A DNA stretch of 63,130 nt, filler included, from Octopus bimaculoides (GCF_001194135.2; 7 parts of 7 records of this genome joined end to end with filler, not necessarily neighbours in it), one strand, 5' to 3'; positions 37,206 through 49,087 are shown, counted from the first letter of the whole stretch. Translations and numbers: made by a program. The notes: generated by a model not told the origin, from the letters alone.

Positions 37206-38888
37206 TATTCTTGAATCATATGCTGGATCAGTCAAAATAACTTCTATGGTTAAAATTTTGATCAAAATTGCAATTTAATATATCACATAGATAATTAATT
37301 TCTTGTGATTTCTCAGAGTAACACACGTGCTGATTTAGTTCTTTATTTTATCAACCTCCATCAAAAAGCAACACCAGGTTTCTTCTAACTGGAAACTATA
37401 TCTAAATTAAGATTTTGGAACTGTGCAACTATGTATAATAGTTAGCTTTTCGATCCAGAACTTATCAAATTACAATAGCTATACAATATATCATCTATCG
37501 TATTTTATGGCATTCCTCCCTGAACTTTATACTATAGAACTAGTACATCAGTGTACTTCTGGAAGTAAGTGTAAGTAACACAAATTTCATCGATACAATA
37601 TCCACACGAAAAGCAATTTAAAATGCTAAACCAATGATATAATAATTCATTAGATGGAAATATTTCAAATAACCTAACTCTAATAATATTATGTTGCCTT
37701 TTGTATCGTTCTCTTATCGTCACATAAATCATTAATGTGCTAACAATTACTTTCAATACATTTACAGAAATGATAGTTTTCTCTGTTTTCTAGATATCAA
37801 AATAGATATATAGAGTTTAATTTGTTATTTGCAATATTTATTGTACTTTCAATTTCATGTTTACTAAAACTGTATGACACTTTTCTACATAATCATCCTT
37901 GAATTTTCTTATATTTTTTTGTACGTACTCCCCAATCAGTCTAAGATCACGTGGCCTTCCATGTTTGTTTATTAACCCTGTGTAGAATCAGTAAACAATA
38001 CGCATTTGTTACCACTTTAACCAGTATACTAACTATTCTACCGATTAATCTATTCTTATTTCATTTCTTTGACAGTAAAGAATAACAAATTAGTTCTTCA
38101 GTGTGTTATTGGTTTTCTTTTTTGCGATACCGAAAGCTATTCTCTTTATTATATCATGGATTTCATATACATCAATATTGATCAGCTCACTACTAAGTTG
38201 ATCATATTCGGACTTACGGATTAGCAAGGGCTACATAGCATTATCTACCGTATCATATCAGCTGTCATGGAACCTACTAATCATATGAAGAGAAAAAAAA
38301 ATACACTGTATTTTATTTCTTCTTATTTGGATACTTCAACAATTGCATTGCTTAGTTCATACACAATTTCCATTTGCCAGTTAATAAATCAAGCCAGATA
38401 TACCAAACAAAACCAGTGAAATCAGTCGAATACCTAAACACCATTTATCGCTTTTCTTTGTTTCTTTTTCAACAATCTACATTCTTACAGAAGGCAAGCC
38501 TATCCGCTTGGGTTTTGTTAATCAGTAATGTTCCGATCTCTGTATATAAAGAAAAGAAGATAAATAGATTTCTAAAGGAACAACACATTTTCTCGTTCTG
38601 CTGCAATAAGAATCTTTCAACACTTTTATTTTTTCCACTAACTTTCTTACAAATGCTCACTATTTGGTTATTGATTTTTGGTTTGTTGTTGCAAAGCCTT
38701 TATTGATTTTGTTACATTTATGTTTATATTTTTCTTTTTTTTTAGTTAAGTTTGAGTTAGTCATCAACTGACAAAGGTAATACTAAAATAAGAAACACTA
38801 CTTTATTAAATATAAACGTTATTCATTTATTTAATTCATAATATCATATAATCGAACATAGAAAAGTGATGATTTACTGAAGCCAGCA

Positions 38889-38944
<56 letters not shown>

Positions 38945-39319
38945 NNNNNNNNNNNNNNNNNNNNNNNNNNNNNNNNNNNNNNNNNNNNNNNNNNNNNNNN
39001 NNNNNNNNNNNNNNNNNNNNNNNNNNNNNNNNNNNNNNNNNNNNNNNNNNNNNNNNNNNNNNNNNNNNNNNNNNNNNNNNNNNNNNNNNNNNNNNNNNNN
39101 NNNNNNNNNNNNNNNNNNNNNNNNNNNNNNNNNNNNNNNNNNNNNNNNNNNNNNNNNNNNNNNNNNNNNNNNNNNNNNNNNNNNNNNNNNNNNNNNNNNN
39201 NNNNNNNNNNNNNNNNNNNNNNNNNNNNNNNNNNNNNNNNNNNNNNNNNNNNNNNNNNNNNNNNNNNNNNNNNNNNNNNNNNNNNNNNNNNNNNNNNNNN
39301 NNNNNNNNNNNNNNNNNNN

Positions 39320-39359
<40 letters not shown>

Positions 39360-40444
39360 AGGCCGATATTTTCAACGTAAACATTACAACTGTATCTGAT
39401 GCTTGAAGCGCTACAATTCTGTGTATATGAATATATTCACTAGATTCGTGATATTTGTCAATGTTTTCACTCATTGTTTTGATAATGCCATTTTCTAGCA
39501 TTAATTTCTTTCATTTTACGTTCTACAGAAACAAGCCGAGAGGTATCTGCAAGTCTTTGCCGCAAACAAATTTGATTCCCCACTACGTGGTTATTCTTAC
39601 CCTTTGAACTGCATGAAGACTTGCGTTGGTATTTCCACATCTTCGTCCGGTTGATTAATACCATCCATGTGGCATTTTGTAGGTGGAAATGTCGCACTCA
39701 GGAATTAGATTATCTGAAATATATTTCAGTAAATGGAAACGAAATACATTGGTGACATTTGAGTTTAAGATATATATTTCACATTAATTACTTAGAAAAC
39801 AATCCTTTTGTTTAAAAATTGACATCATATTAATCGTTATTTCCAAAGTCGTGACGGCGACCAAAGTATATTTTTATACGTTTCACATACATTGCGTTAT
39901 TAGGTGTGTACTCTGATTGCCATGGATATGTGCATACATATACACACTAACAACACGCACACGCACACACATACACACACACAAACAGACATACCATATA
40001 TAAAGATACATATATAACATTTATATGCATATGCATGTATGTATATGTGTAAATATATGAATATATATATATACATATATATATATATATGCATACATAC
40101 ATACATACATATGTGTATGTATATANNNNNNNNNNNNNNNNNNNNNNNNNNNNNNNNNNNNNNNNNNNNNNNNNNNNNNNNNNNNNNNNNNNNNNNNNNN
40201 NNNNNNNNNNNNNNNNNNNNNNNNNNNNNNNNNNNNNNNNNNNNNNNNNNNNNNNNNNNNNNNNNNNNNNNNNNNNNNNNNNNNNNNNNNNNNATATATA
40301 TATATATGAAAGGGAAAACAACAATAAATTGAATCACAAATATATAATTTAATTTAAATATTTAATTTCTTCGGATATTCAATATTCCTTGAGTGAAATT
40401 TATACATAGCTAAATTATATATATATATATATATATATATTATG

Positions 40445-41692
40445 CAGGGGTTGGACAAAATAATGGAAACACCTTAACATTTCAAACAAATTTATAATAC
40501 TATAGAGTAGGACCGCCTTTGGCAGTAATTACAGCTTGAATTCTACGAGAAATGGACTGGTACATAATTTGAATTCTTTCCAAAGGAATTGTTGTCCATT
40601 CTTCATCTAAAACAGTCTCAAGTTCTTGTAGTGATGATGGAGGATATAGATTCCTGACTTGTGTTTCTAAAATACACCATAAATGTTCATAGATGTTCAG
40701 ATAAGATGTTCAACTTCACCAGAATGTTCCTCGTTCCATTCAGTAACAAATTTAGCTGTGTGAATTGGTGCATTATCGTCCTGAAATATTGTGTTACCTC
40801 CGGAAACAGTTCTGCAACAATATGATGAATTTGATCAGATACAATGCTTAAATAGTCTTGACTATTAATTCTACCATTTAGGGAAAGCATTGCGCCGGCG
40901 GATTTCCAAGATATACCCCCCCCCCGACCCCCGAGCATCACAGATCCTCCTCCATGTTTAACAGTTGGAAGAAGGCATTCTGGGTCAAATGCTTCTTTTG
41001 GTTGTCTCCGTACAATATACTCGGCCGGTGGTCGGAAATAAGGTAAACGATGACTCGTCCGAGAAAATAACATTCTTCCACTGCTCTAGGGACCAATTTT
41101 GTTGGTTTTTACTCCACTCTAAACGCTTTGCAGCGTCTGTGTTTGAGAGCAGCAGTTTTCTGATTGCAGCCCTCCCGTGAAATCCGACATTGCAGCTCCC
41201 AGCGAACAGTTTTTGTGGGAACTGGGGTTCGCGCGATGGTCATTAATTTCTGTAGTAAATTTGGGAGCTGTACTTTTGTGATCGTTTCTCACAGTTCGCA
41301 GAATAATCCAAAGGTCCCTATCTGAATGTTTCGGTTTTCTTCCGGTGTTTTGTTTTGGCGTGGAGGTTTTTCCCTCTTTCTTAAAACCTGTTGTTACGTT
41401 TGAGGCAGTACTTCTGGATACACGAAATATTTCGGCTGTTTTCGTCACACTAGTGCCTGTATTACAAACACCAACAATTTGGCCTCTTTGAAAATCCGAT
41501 AGGTCTGTCGTTTTAATGAATTTTAATTACCTTTTTCTGATGATATCAGAAAGGAAACAGCAATTTTAGCAAAGCGTATTAAGCATCACTAATAATGAAT
41601 AAAAAAACATAAACATAAACAAGCTTTTGACGGATTTATAGATATTTCAAAATTATCATGCAATGTGTTTCCATAATTTTTTCCAGCCTCTG
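40445..41692 (-). mobile_element. Full-length (about 1.25 kb) decayed Tc1 transposon, DD34E-type transposase pseudogene
   Basis: TIRs CAGGGGTTGGACAAAATAATGGAAACAC / GTGTTTCCATAATTTTTTCCAGCCTCTG, with TG/TA flanks. Minus frames give DLSDFQRGQIVG...VTKTAEIFRVSRST...GRKPK (paired-like HTH), VRRQPKEAFDPECLLPTVKHGGGSVM and a C-terminal AKGGPTL. It is frameshifted. Confidence 0.95.
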
Positions 41693-41867
41693 TATATATC
41701 TATATATAATAAAGTATAACATCGTTAAAATCTTTAACAGTTGCCAGCGTATAAAATAGACCTATCAAGGTAAATTCATATACAGGGATTTATAATAGTA
41801 TAAAATGAAATTAAAATTAAGGGCACAAATTTATCACTTTTATAATATACACAATTTGAAAGTGGTA

Positions 41868-41924
41868 ACCTTGGATTGATCAATTTCTGGATTAATCTAA
41901 TGGCTCTTCCTTCATCAGCAAAGC
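41868..41924 (-). ncRNA. Candidate minimal type I hammerhead ribozyme (PLE-type), imperfect
   Basis: The minus strand reads GCTTTG-CTGATGA-A-GGA(16 nt)TCC-A-GAAA-TTGATCAAT-C|CAAGGT. Stem I is GCTTTG/CAAGGT, stem III is the self-complementary ATTGATCAAT, and the cleavage triplet is AUC. There is one extra A before GAAA. Confidence 0.5.
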
Positions 41925-42214
41925 ATACTGAGCGAAATAAATGAGATTTTTATACATACTCACAGAAAAGCAAACACCTAGCTGCAATTACATACAAGTA
42001 CCATCGATATATATAAATCTCTTTCAGCATGTGTGTATTAAAAAAATAATGATTTACAATGGTTCCATTATTTAGGTTTATTTTCAGCGTATAGGCATTG
42101 TGCTCTCTGTGCCCTGAATTATAATTGTAATTTATCCTATTATTATAAATCCCTCACTCCTTCTCTTTCTCTCTCTTTATATATGTGTGTGTGAGAGTGT
42201 TTGCTTGTGTGCGC

Positions 42215-42262
<48 letters not shown>

Positions 42263-44117
42263 NNNNNNNNNNNNNNNNNNNNNNNNNNNNNNNNNNNNNN
42301 NNNNNNNNNNNNNNNNNNNNNNNNNNNNNNNNNNNNNNNNNNNNNNNNNNNNNNNNNNNNNNNNNNNNNNNNNNNNNNNNNNNNNNNNNNNNNNNNNNNN
42401 NNNNNNNNNNNNNNNNNNNNNNNNNNNNNNNNNNNNNNNNNNNNNNNNNNNNNNNNNNNNNNNNNNNNNNNNNNNNNNNNNNNNNNNNNNNNNNNNNNNN
42501 NNNNNNNNNNNNNNNNNNNNNNNNNNNNGTGAGCATATAACCTATTTGAGCCGACTCTGAGGCTAAGCGCTTCATGGATATGAGATCGTTGGTCACTGTA
42601 TGACTGGCCATATAATTATCTTCTTATACTTTTGTATACATATAAATCTGTGTGCGTGTGTATCTCTGTATATCGATAGAGATATATACACACATGTAAT
42701 TCTCTCTCTCTCTCTCCCTCTCTCTCTCCCTCTCTCTCAATCTCTCTCTATATATGTGTGTGTGTGTGTGTGTGTGTAAGTTTGTGTGTGTGTGTGTGAG
42801 TCTCTGTGTGTGTATGTGTGTGTGTATGTATTCTCGTATGTATGAAGACTGCACTCGAAACTAGTGTGTGCAAAATGAACCCTTAAACACAACCATGCAT
42901 ATATCTATGTAATTCCCGTACATTTAACATAACTCAGGCATACATAATTTTACACACATACACATTCACGTGCGTAGGTACATACTAATACACGAGCATT
43001 GAGCTATGTGAATATATGTTAAGAACTATATGCTTAGGAAAGTAAAACAAGACGCAATCGCTCGCATGCACGCATTCTCAGACTTAGATTAAAAGATATA
43101 CGGAATATGTGCCACACGCTTGTATGATAATATGCATTCGAAGTTGCTTGAAGAACCTAAATATGTAAATACTTATGAAAATAAAATCAATGCGTGGAGA
43201 AATTTGATTTTAGTTTAAATTTTTCTTTAAGATGAAGTTATAAAACAATTTTCAGCCGTAATTTAATGGCATGTTGAAGTAAATGAGTAATGGGAATGTA
43301 GGGTAAAGCATGAATTAAGACATTTGTGTTTAAGGAAAATTTCATTTTAAGGCATAATTTCTATTAGATTATAGAATGCAAGATATAATTCAGTCCGAAC
43401 GTGAATGGGGACCTATAGTTTTGTGTGTATAATGAGTGCGGGTGTATAGGTCTCACAAGTATATGTATATGCGCGCTTCTATGCATACATGCTTCTTTTT
43501 TTATATCTATCTATCAATCAATTATATATATATATATACATATACACTCACACACACATTTATATCGAGTCAAATGTTAAACAATCATAATTTATATATT
43601 GAATTAGCGCTTATGCAGTACGAAAGTAGTCCACAAAGTTCGAGAGATCAATTTTTCAACATTTCGTTAATATATTATTTAAAGTACATATCCCTGCAGG
43701 AGCAATATCACAAAGTAATTATTTTGTTTAGCAAAATATTCAAAGCCGAATATTTGGGGAAAGAGAAGTGATATAACTTTATGTACATTAAAAAAATATG
43801 TGTTTCCTCTACAGCTGTTTCATTATAAACCAGATAACAACCATTAACGCATTTAAGAACTAGATCAATCGATTCTTAATATATTGAGATATCATCGTAT
43901 GAAAGAGTAAGAGGCTTGGAGCGAAGCACATAAAATAGTTTAAATTTGCGCTGAGATATTTTGTTTCTTAATACTCGAAAGATATATACACATATATATT
44001 GCTATATATATATAAATACACGGAAACATACGCACACGGGGACATTCACGCACGCATTTTCTCACACTCACACAAACACATACCTGTATAAATATACATA
44101 TATATATATATATACAC

Positions 44118-44161
<44 letters not shown>

Positions 44162-44300
44162 GCGTGAGAACTTGCATACATGCACATTTTCTTAACTTTA
44201 CCTTATAAACGCACAATCCATTCTTTTATTAACTATAAGCTTAATATTTCCGTTAATTAATTTCTGATCTATGCATAATGACGTGTTGGCATTAGCATCA

Positions 44301-45300
44301 TCCTGATGACCTTATTTAATGCTCTCTACATCCTAAACATACAATAACATAAATTAAGCTTTCAGATGCGCATAGGAATATCGCGAAAAGGTGACCTTGC
44401 ATAAATCGGATTACCGATCTCTCTGTTAAAATATAACACATATCCCTGTTGGACCTTTCTCATTATTTTCCAATTGATCCTCTTGTTATTTTTACTTTCG
44501 TGTTTGTTGCTATTTTTTCATCGATTTCAGTTGTATTTCGATCCTGGTGTGTATCCTTCTTCAGCTTTGATATTCTTCAGAATGTTATACGTTAAGTTTC
44601 ATTGTTTTGGGACGGATGAGCAGATATGTATGATAATAATTATAATTGCTATTTATTCTTGTTTTGGTTGCATTATTTCCTGTGTATTGAAGTGCTGGCA
44701 TTTAATTCCATTATCGATTAAACAATGCAATTCATGCAAGAGAAAGCTTCCTTCAGTACTCGATGTCTCTATGTCATGGATGTTGGATACAAAATCACAT
44801 ATCCTTTTGGCTAGATTAATAGCGATTTTTATATTATGCTATGTGTCTGATGTCATAATTTGAATGGAAAATATTATCTGCAGTCCGTAGGTTTATGTTA
44901 CATATCCGCTTTTCATATGGCTGTTGACTTTCTTTATTAGGATGGATAGAAATTGTAGTTAAATATGGATATTTTCCACAAGGAATTGTACATTTTTATT
45001 AACTTCATGTAGAAGTTATTCAAAATCTCAGTATTTCTGTATTCTTTCATTCTATAGAATGAAACAATTGTTCAGGTGCATGTTCCCGTTTTTGTACATA
45101 TTTTTCCATATTTTAATCGTGATTGTTTGTACACCTTAATTTCCAGATAGCCTATAACTATAACTAGATTTGAAACGGAGAAGGCAATTTTCTTCCCATT
45201 GCAGCTCCAGGTTGTTGTCGAAAATGATTTGGTCGGATATAAAACAGATATTCTCTCGAATACATTTTAGAGCTTCCATTATATCAAGCGCATTATTTTA
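44301..45300 (-). mobile_element. Penelope-like element remnant: RT plus GIY-YIG endonuclease
   Basis: Minus frames give EYLFYIRPNHFRQQPGAAMG (PLE FY.Q..G.AMG), LVIGYLE, HLNNCFIL* (45052-45078, decayed YLDDCFILW), LLHEVNKNVQFLVE and AINLAKRIC, then LCASESLIYVIVCLGCREH*IRSSG (44301-44372, decayed GIY-YIG N-terminal C.S.NLIY.I.C..C...YIG). Confidence 0.8.
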
Positions 45301-46300
45301 CGCAGATAATACACAGGATTAAAAGAACATATTGACAAACGGGCAGTTGTCTAAATTTTACCGTTTTCCATCCATATAAACAATCACAACGCAGTAACAA
45401 AAATAACCGAAAGAAAAAACGATCTCATAAATACCGAGGACTGGTAAATACCTGTGGGATAGCAAGTCAGGAGCTACTGATACTACTTAGAATAACACAA
45501 CCTAGACTATTATAGTCACTAGCATTTCTTGTGTCGACAAGCATACCTTTCCACACTTTCTGGGATGCGCTACTAACAACCACCCCTGCTTCTACTACGA
45601 CCAGCCAAAAGTGGACGAAAACTGAATTTCAGCGCCATAAACTATACGTGAATATCCAAAGCTGATATATATATAGAAAAAAAAATTATTTTTCATTTCA
45701 ATATTGGTTCAACATGATTAGAAGGACTACTTAAGCAATTGAACGCCGCAGCATATCTGCGTTGCTAGCTTCCAGAACCTTCAAGCGCATTCAGACGCCG
45801 TACCTATGCTAGCAACAAGATAGTTCGTGTTTCCGGTAATAAATATTGCAGGTTTATGGGGTATATGTATTCTTTCGTGCAAAGTAGGCAATACAGGAAA
45901 ATAGCTTGTATTCTTTACATAGCATTTGTACCACCAAGCCTAATCTGAGCAAGAAAGACCTTCTTCAATGTCTCTCAAAACTATGCACATGCACCTAGAA
46001 ACTGATGAGATGGAAGTATTGCACTCGGTCACGAGGTTTTAAGTTATGTGGAGCCGATTCTTATATATATATATATATATATNNNNNNNNNNNNNNNNNN
46101 NNNNNNNNNNNNNNNNNNNNNNNNNNNNNNNNNNNNNNNNNNNNNNNNNNNNNNNNNNNNNNNNNNNNNNNNNNNNNNNNNNNNNNNNNNNNNNNNNNNN
46201 NNNNNNNNNNNNNNNNNNNNNNNNNNNNNNNNNNNNNNNNNNNNNNNNNNNNNNNNNNNNNNNNNNNNNNNNNNNNNNNNNNNNNNNNNNNNNNNNNNNN

Positions 46301-46496
46301 GTAGTAAATCAAAACGACATAAATACTTAATTTATGTATGAATATTTAATACGCGATTGGTGTGAATGAAAATCATCGTTTTTTTTTCAACATTTTTCAA
46401 CATTTATTAGCGAAGTCTCACGTAAAATAATTTTTTATTTTAATCTTGGAATTAAGTGGTTTCGATTTACAGTCAGTCGACTTTTGGCCAACCCTG
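46301..46496. mobile_element. Tc1/mariner-type MITE right end (left end lost in gap)
   Basis: Terminal ACTTTTGGCCAACCCTG|TA is the reverse complement of TA|CAGGGTTGGCCAAAAGT. Confidence 0.5.
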
Positions 46497-46510
46497 TAAA
46501 GATATATATT

Positions 46511-46597
<87 letters not shown>

Positions 46598-46780
46598 TTA
46601 ATATATGCATACGCATACATACATACACATACATAAACGCACACACACGCACGTATATATATATGTATATATATTTATAAAGAATATTTATGAGTTATAC
46701 TCGTTTTTATTTATGTTAGTTATTTAATTTTTTTAATTTTTACCTTTATTGTATTTTTAAATTATTGTCGTATTTTGTCC

Positions 46781-46873
46781 AATATTTCCCTGATGAGATT
46801 CATACACATAAACAATGTTTTTATAAATTCATTATTGGGTATGAATCGAAACAAGTTGCAGGATTGATATTTG
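46781..46873 (+). ncRNA. Candidate type I hammerhead ribozyme with a long stem II
   Basis: CTGATGA (46790-46796), a perfect 9-bp stem II GATTCATAC/GTATGAATC (46797-46805 / 46839-46847), GAAA (46848-46851), then CAAGTTGCAGGA. The flanks AATAT-T-TCC and GGA-TTG-ATATT can pair as stem I. Confidence 0.65.
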
Positions 46874-47189
46874 TATTTCTATTCATATTATATTATATTA
46901 TATTATATTATATTATATTCATTGTAATATAATATTACGCTAATAAATCATATTTAAAATATGTCAATCGGAAATTCCCCATTTTCTCTTAATTTTTGTA
47001 CATTGAAGATATATCCTTTTGAGTTGTAAACAGTTTTTCTCTGCAAAATTAGGTATTTGGTAGAAAAAAAAAACCTTTAGAAAATTGGATTTTGCCCTTC
47101 CCCATAAAAAAAACCGTTTTTTCTTGTATTGAATTATATATATATATATACATATATACATATTGAAATGAGTCAATATGGATATAATA

Positions 47190-48320
47190 TGATGTCTTCG
47201 TATGCCTCTTGAGCCCACCGGAAGTTTTGGACATTCTGTTACATACTGAACAGCAGTGCTAAATTGCAGACAAAACAGGTGCTACAGTATGAACTGTTTT
47301 GACATGCCTTTTCAATCCTCCATCTGAGAGGAACGCCTTTCAACATGTTGCACTTGTTCTCTTGTGAGCAATGGCCATATCACAATTTGCCATGGGTCGA
47401 TTCTTGTGAGTTCTCTGATGGCTGACCAGGCCCGCACGACTCAAGCACCTTCTCCCACAAAACAAACGTACACAAACCAACACTTCCTCACTGGCCACAG
47501 GTTCATTCCTACTAATCCTTCTCCTAACCTTCTCGTGCGTCATTCTCTCTCCATCAAACCTCGAACAACTACTATGCACTTCCTTCCTTCAGCCATCTCA
47601 ATCTGGTGCCTCACTCTACTAATAAACAACTGAAATTCCTGTCTGTGTCAGAGCAATTCTGAGGCCTTTGTTGAACCTCATTTTGATTTGTGTTAATCTC
47701 CTACCATCTTCCAGCTCACCATACAGAGGTTGCTTGGAAAGTCCCTTATCATGCATTCTTACCAGATGTCAACTCCACTTCAAACGATTTTGCAAAATCA
47801 TTGATTCTACACATCTACTACCACTCTCTCAAATACATCCACATCACTGATGGCTATTCTCCACTTTATCCCGAGAATTTTACTTGGACGATATTGATAA
47901 TGTCGTTGTAAACGCCTTAAATACCTACGATAAACAACCCAAGTCTCCCTTCCATATAGCGACGATGCAGGACCCTTGTGTTATAAACCCTGAATTTAAA
48001 TTGAAAATATATACTATGACATGACCAGAGGCGCCTCTGAAGCTTAGAAAAGGCACTACTAGCCTTGAAGATTCTATGTAAATTTATTTTATCATCGTGA
48101 CCGGCGGTGTTCAAAGCACTTCCTAAATAAATGAATTTAGTTACAACTCCCTTCTTTTGATCATTCACACTTATAGAAGGTTCCACATAAAGTTTAAAAG
48201 GGGTAGGCTGGTACATTAGAAGATACTATTCAAGTTGATTGTAAGGCCTAATACTGTACAAGCTGCAGAAATCGCATTCATCATGTGTCGCATCCTGGGG
48301 AATGAGCAAACAGGTCACAA
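47190..48320 (-). mobile_element. RTE-clade LINE 3' portion (RT C-half plus C-terminal C2H2 zinc fingers), decayed
   Basis: DCDLFAHS (ADDC region), EPSISVNDQ...VTKFIYLGSAL...RIFKASSAFSKLQRRLW (RTE F.YLGS / RI.KAS.AF), a C-terminal RRRISRNE region and three C2H2 motifs at 47190-47480. Confidence 0.9.
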
Positions 48321-48489
48321 TCACAATATATATATATATATATATATATANNNNNNNNNNNNNNNNNNNNNNNNNNNNNNNNNNNNNNNNNNNNNNNNNN
48401 NNNNNNNNNNNNNNNNNNNNNNNNNNNNNNNNNNNNNNNNNNNNNNNNNNNNNNNNNNNNNNNNNNNNNNNNNNNNNNNNNNATATTGT

Positions 48490-48665
48490 AACCTCGTGGA
48501 TATCGGTGGAGATTTTTCTTCCTCCGTTTTCCCCTTCTTTGGACTTTCTTTGTTTCTGACGAAGAGCTCCGCTCGAAACGTCAAATTCTCTTTATTTCCT
48601 TTCCCGAGCGTCTAGTAAGACAATATGTATCACGTCCTCACGTTGTTGTTTTTTGGTGTTGTTTT
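48490..48665 (+). mobile_element. PLE-type terminal repeat (pLTR-like) carrying a hammerhead motif
   Basis: Contains CTGACGAAGAGCTCCGCTCGAAACGTC. The downstream CCTTTCCCGAGCGTC...GTATCACGTCCTCAC.TTGTTGTTTTTT is shared with 56371-56460. Confidence 0.6.
48550..48588 (+). ncRNA. Minimal type I hammerhead ribozyme motif (dimer type)
   Basis: CTGACGA (48556-48562), A, stem II GAGC-TCC-GCTC, GAAA (48575-48578), C-G-T-C. The palindromic ACGT stem III gives a GUC cleavage triplet at 48580-48582. Stem I is weak (GTTT/AAAT). Confidence 0.65.
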
Positions 48666-49087
48666 TTTTTGTCTTTTTTCTTTTTTGAACATATCACCTG
48701 TACTCGTCTGTTGTTGTTTTTTTGTAAATTCCCCCATATATATATATATATATTCATCTTTTTGTGGGTAATAATGATGTATGAATAATGGTCGCACAGT
48801 GCCAGATAGAATCATCCTATCGATGACTTCGTAATATAACAGTATCTATAAGAGTTTCAGCCGTCGTCAAAGGACAGACAAAACAGTGGCAAAAGACTGT
48901 TTTACAACAGTAGCCACGAGGAAAAAAATTTACGCGGAGAAAAACAAAAAAACACATTCCCACGGACATCTTAAACTAATTTACGTAGAAAATTAAATAC
49001 CTCGACAAAAAAAAGAAACAAACATTTTGTGCAAACTTACGAAAATCACAAAATATTGAATATATATCATGTGGGATAGCTGGGTTG

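Noticed and set aside
44474-44863. 129-aa hydrophobic plus-strand ORF
   Set aside because: It is the antisense of the PLE RT remnant.
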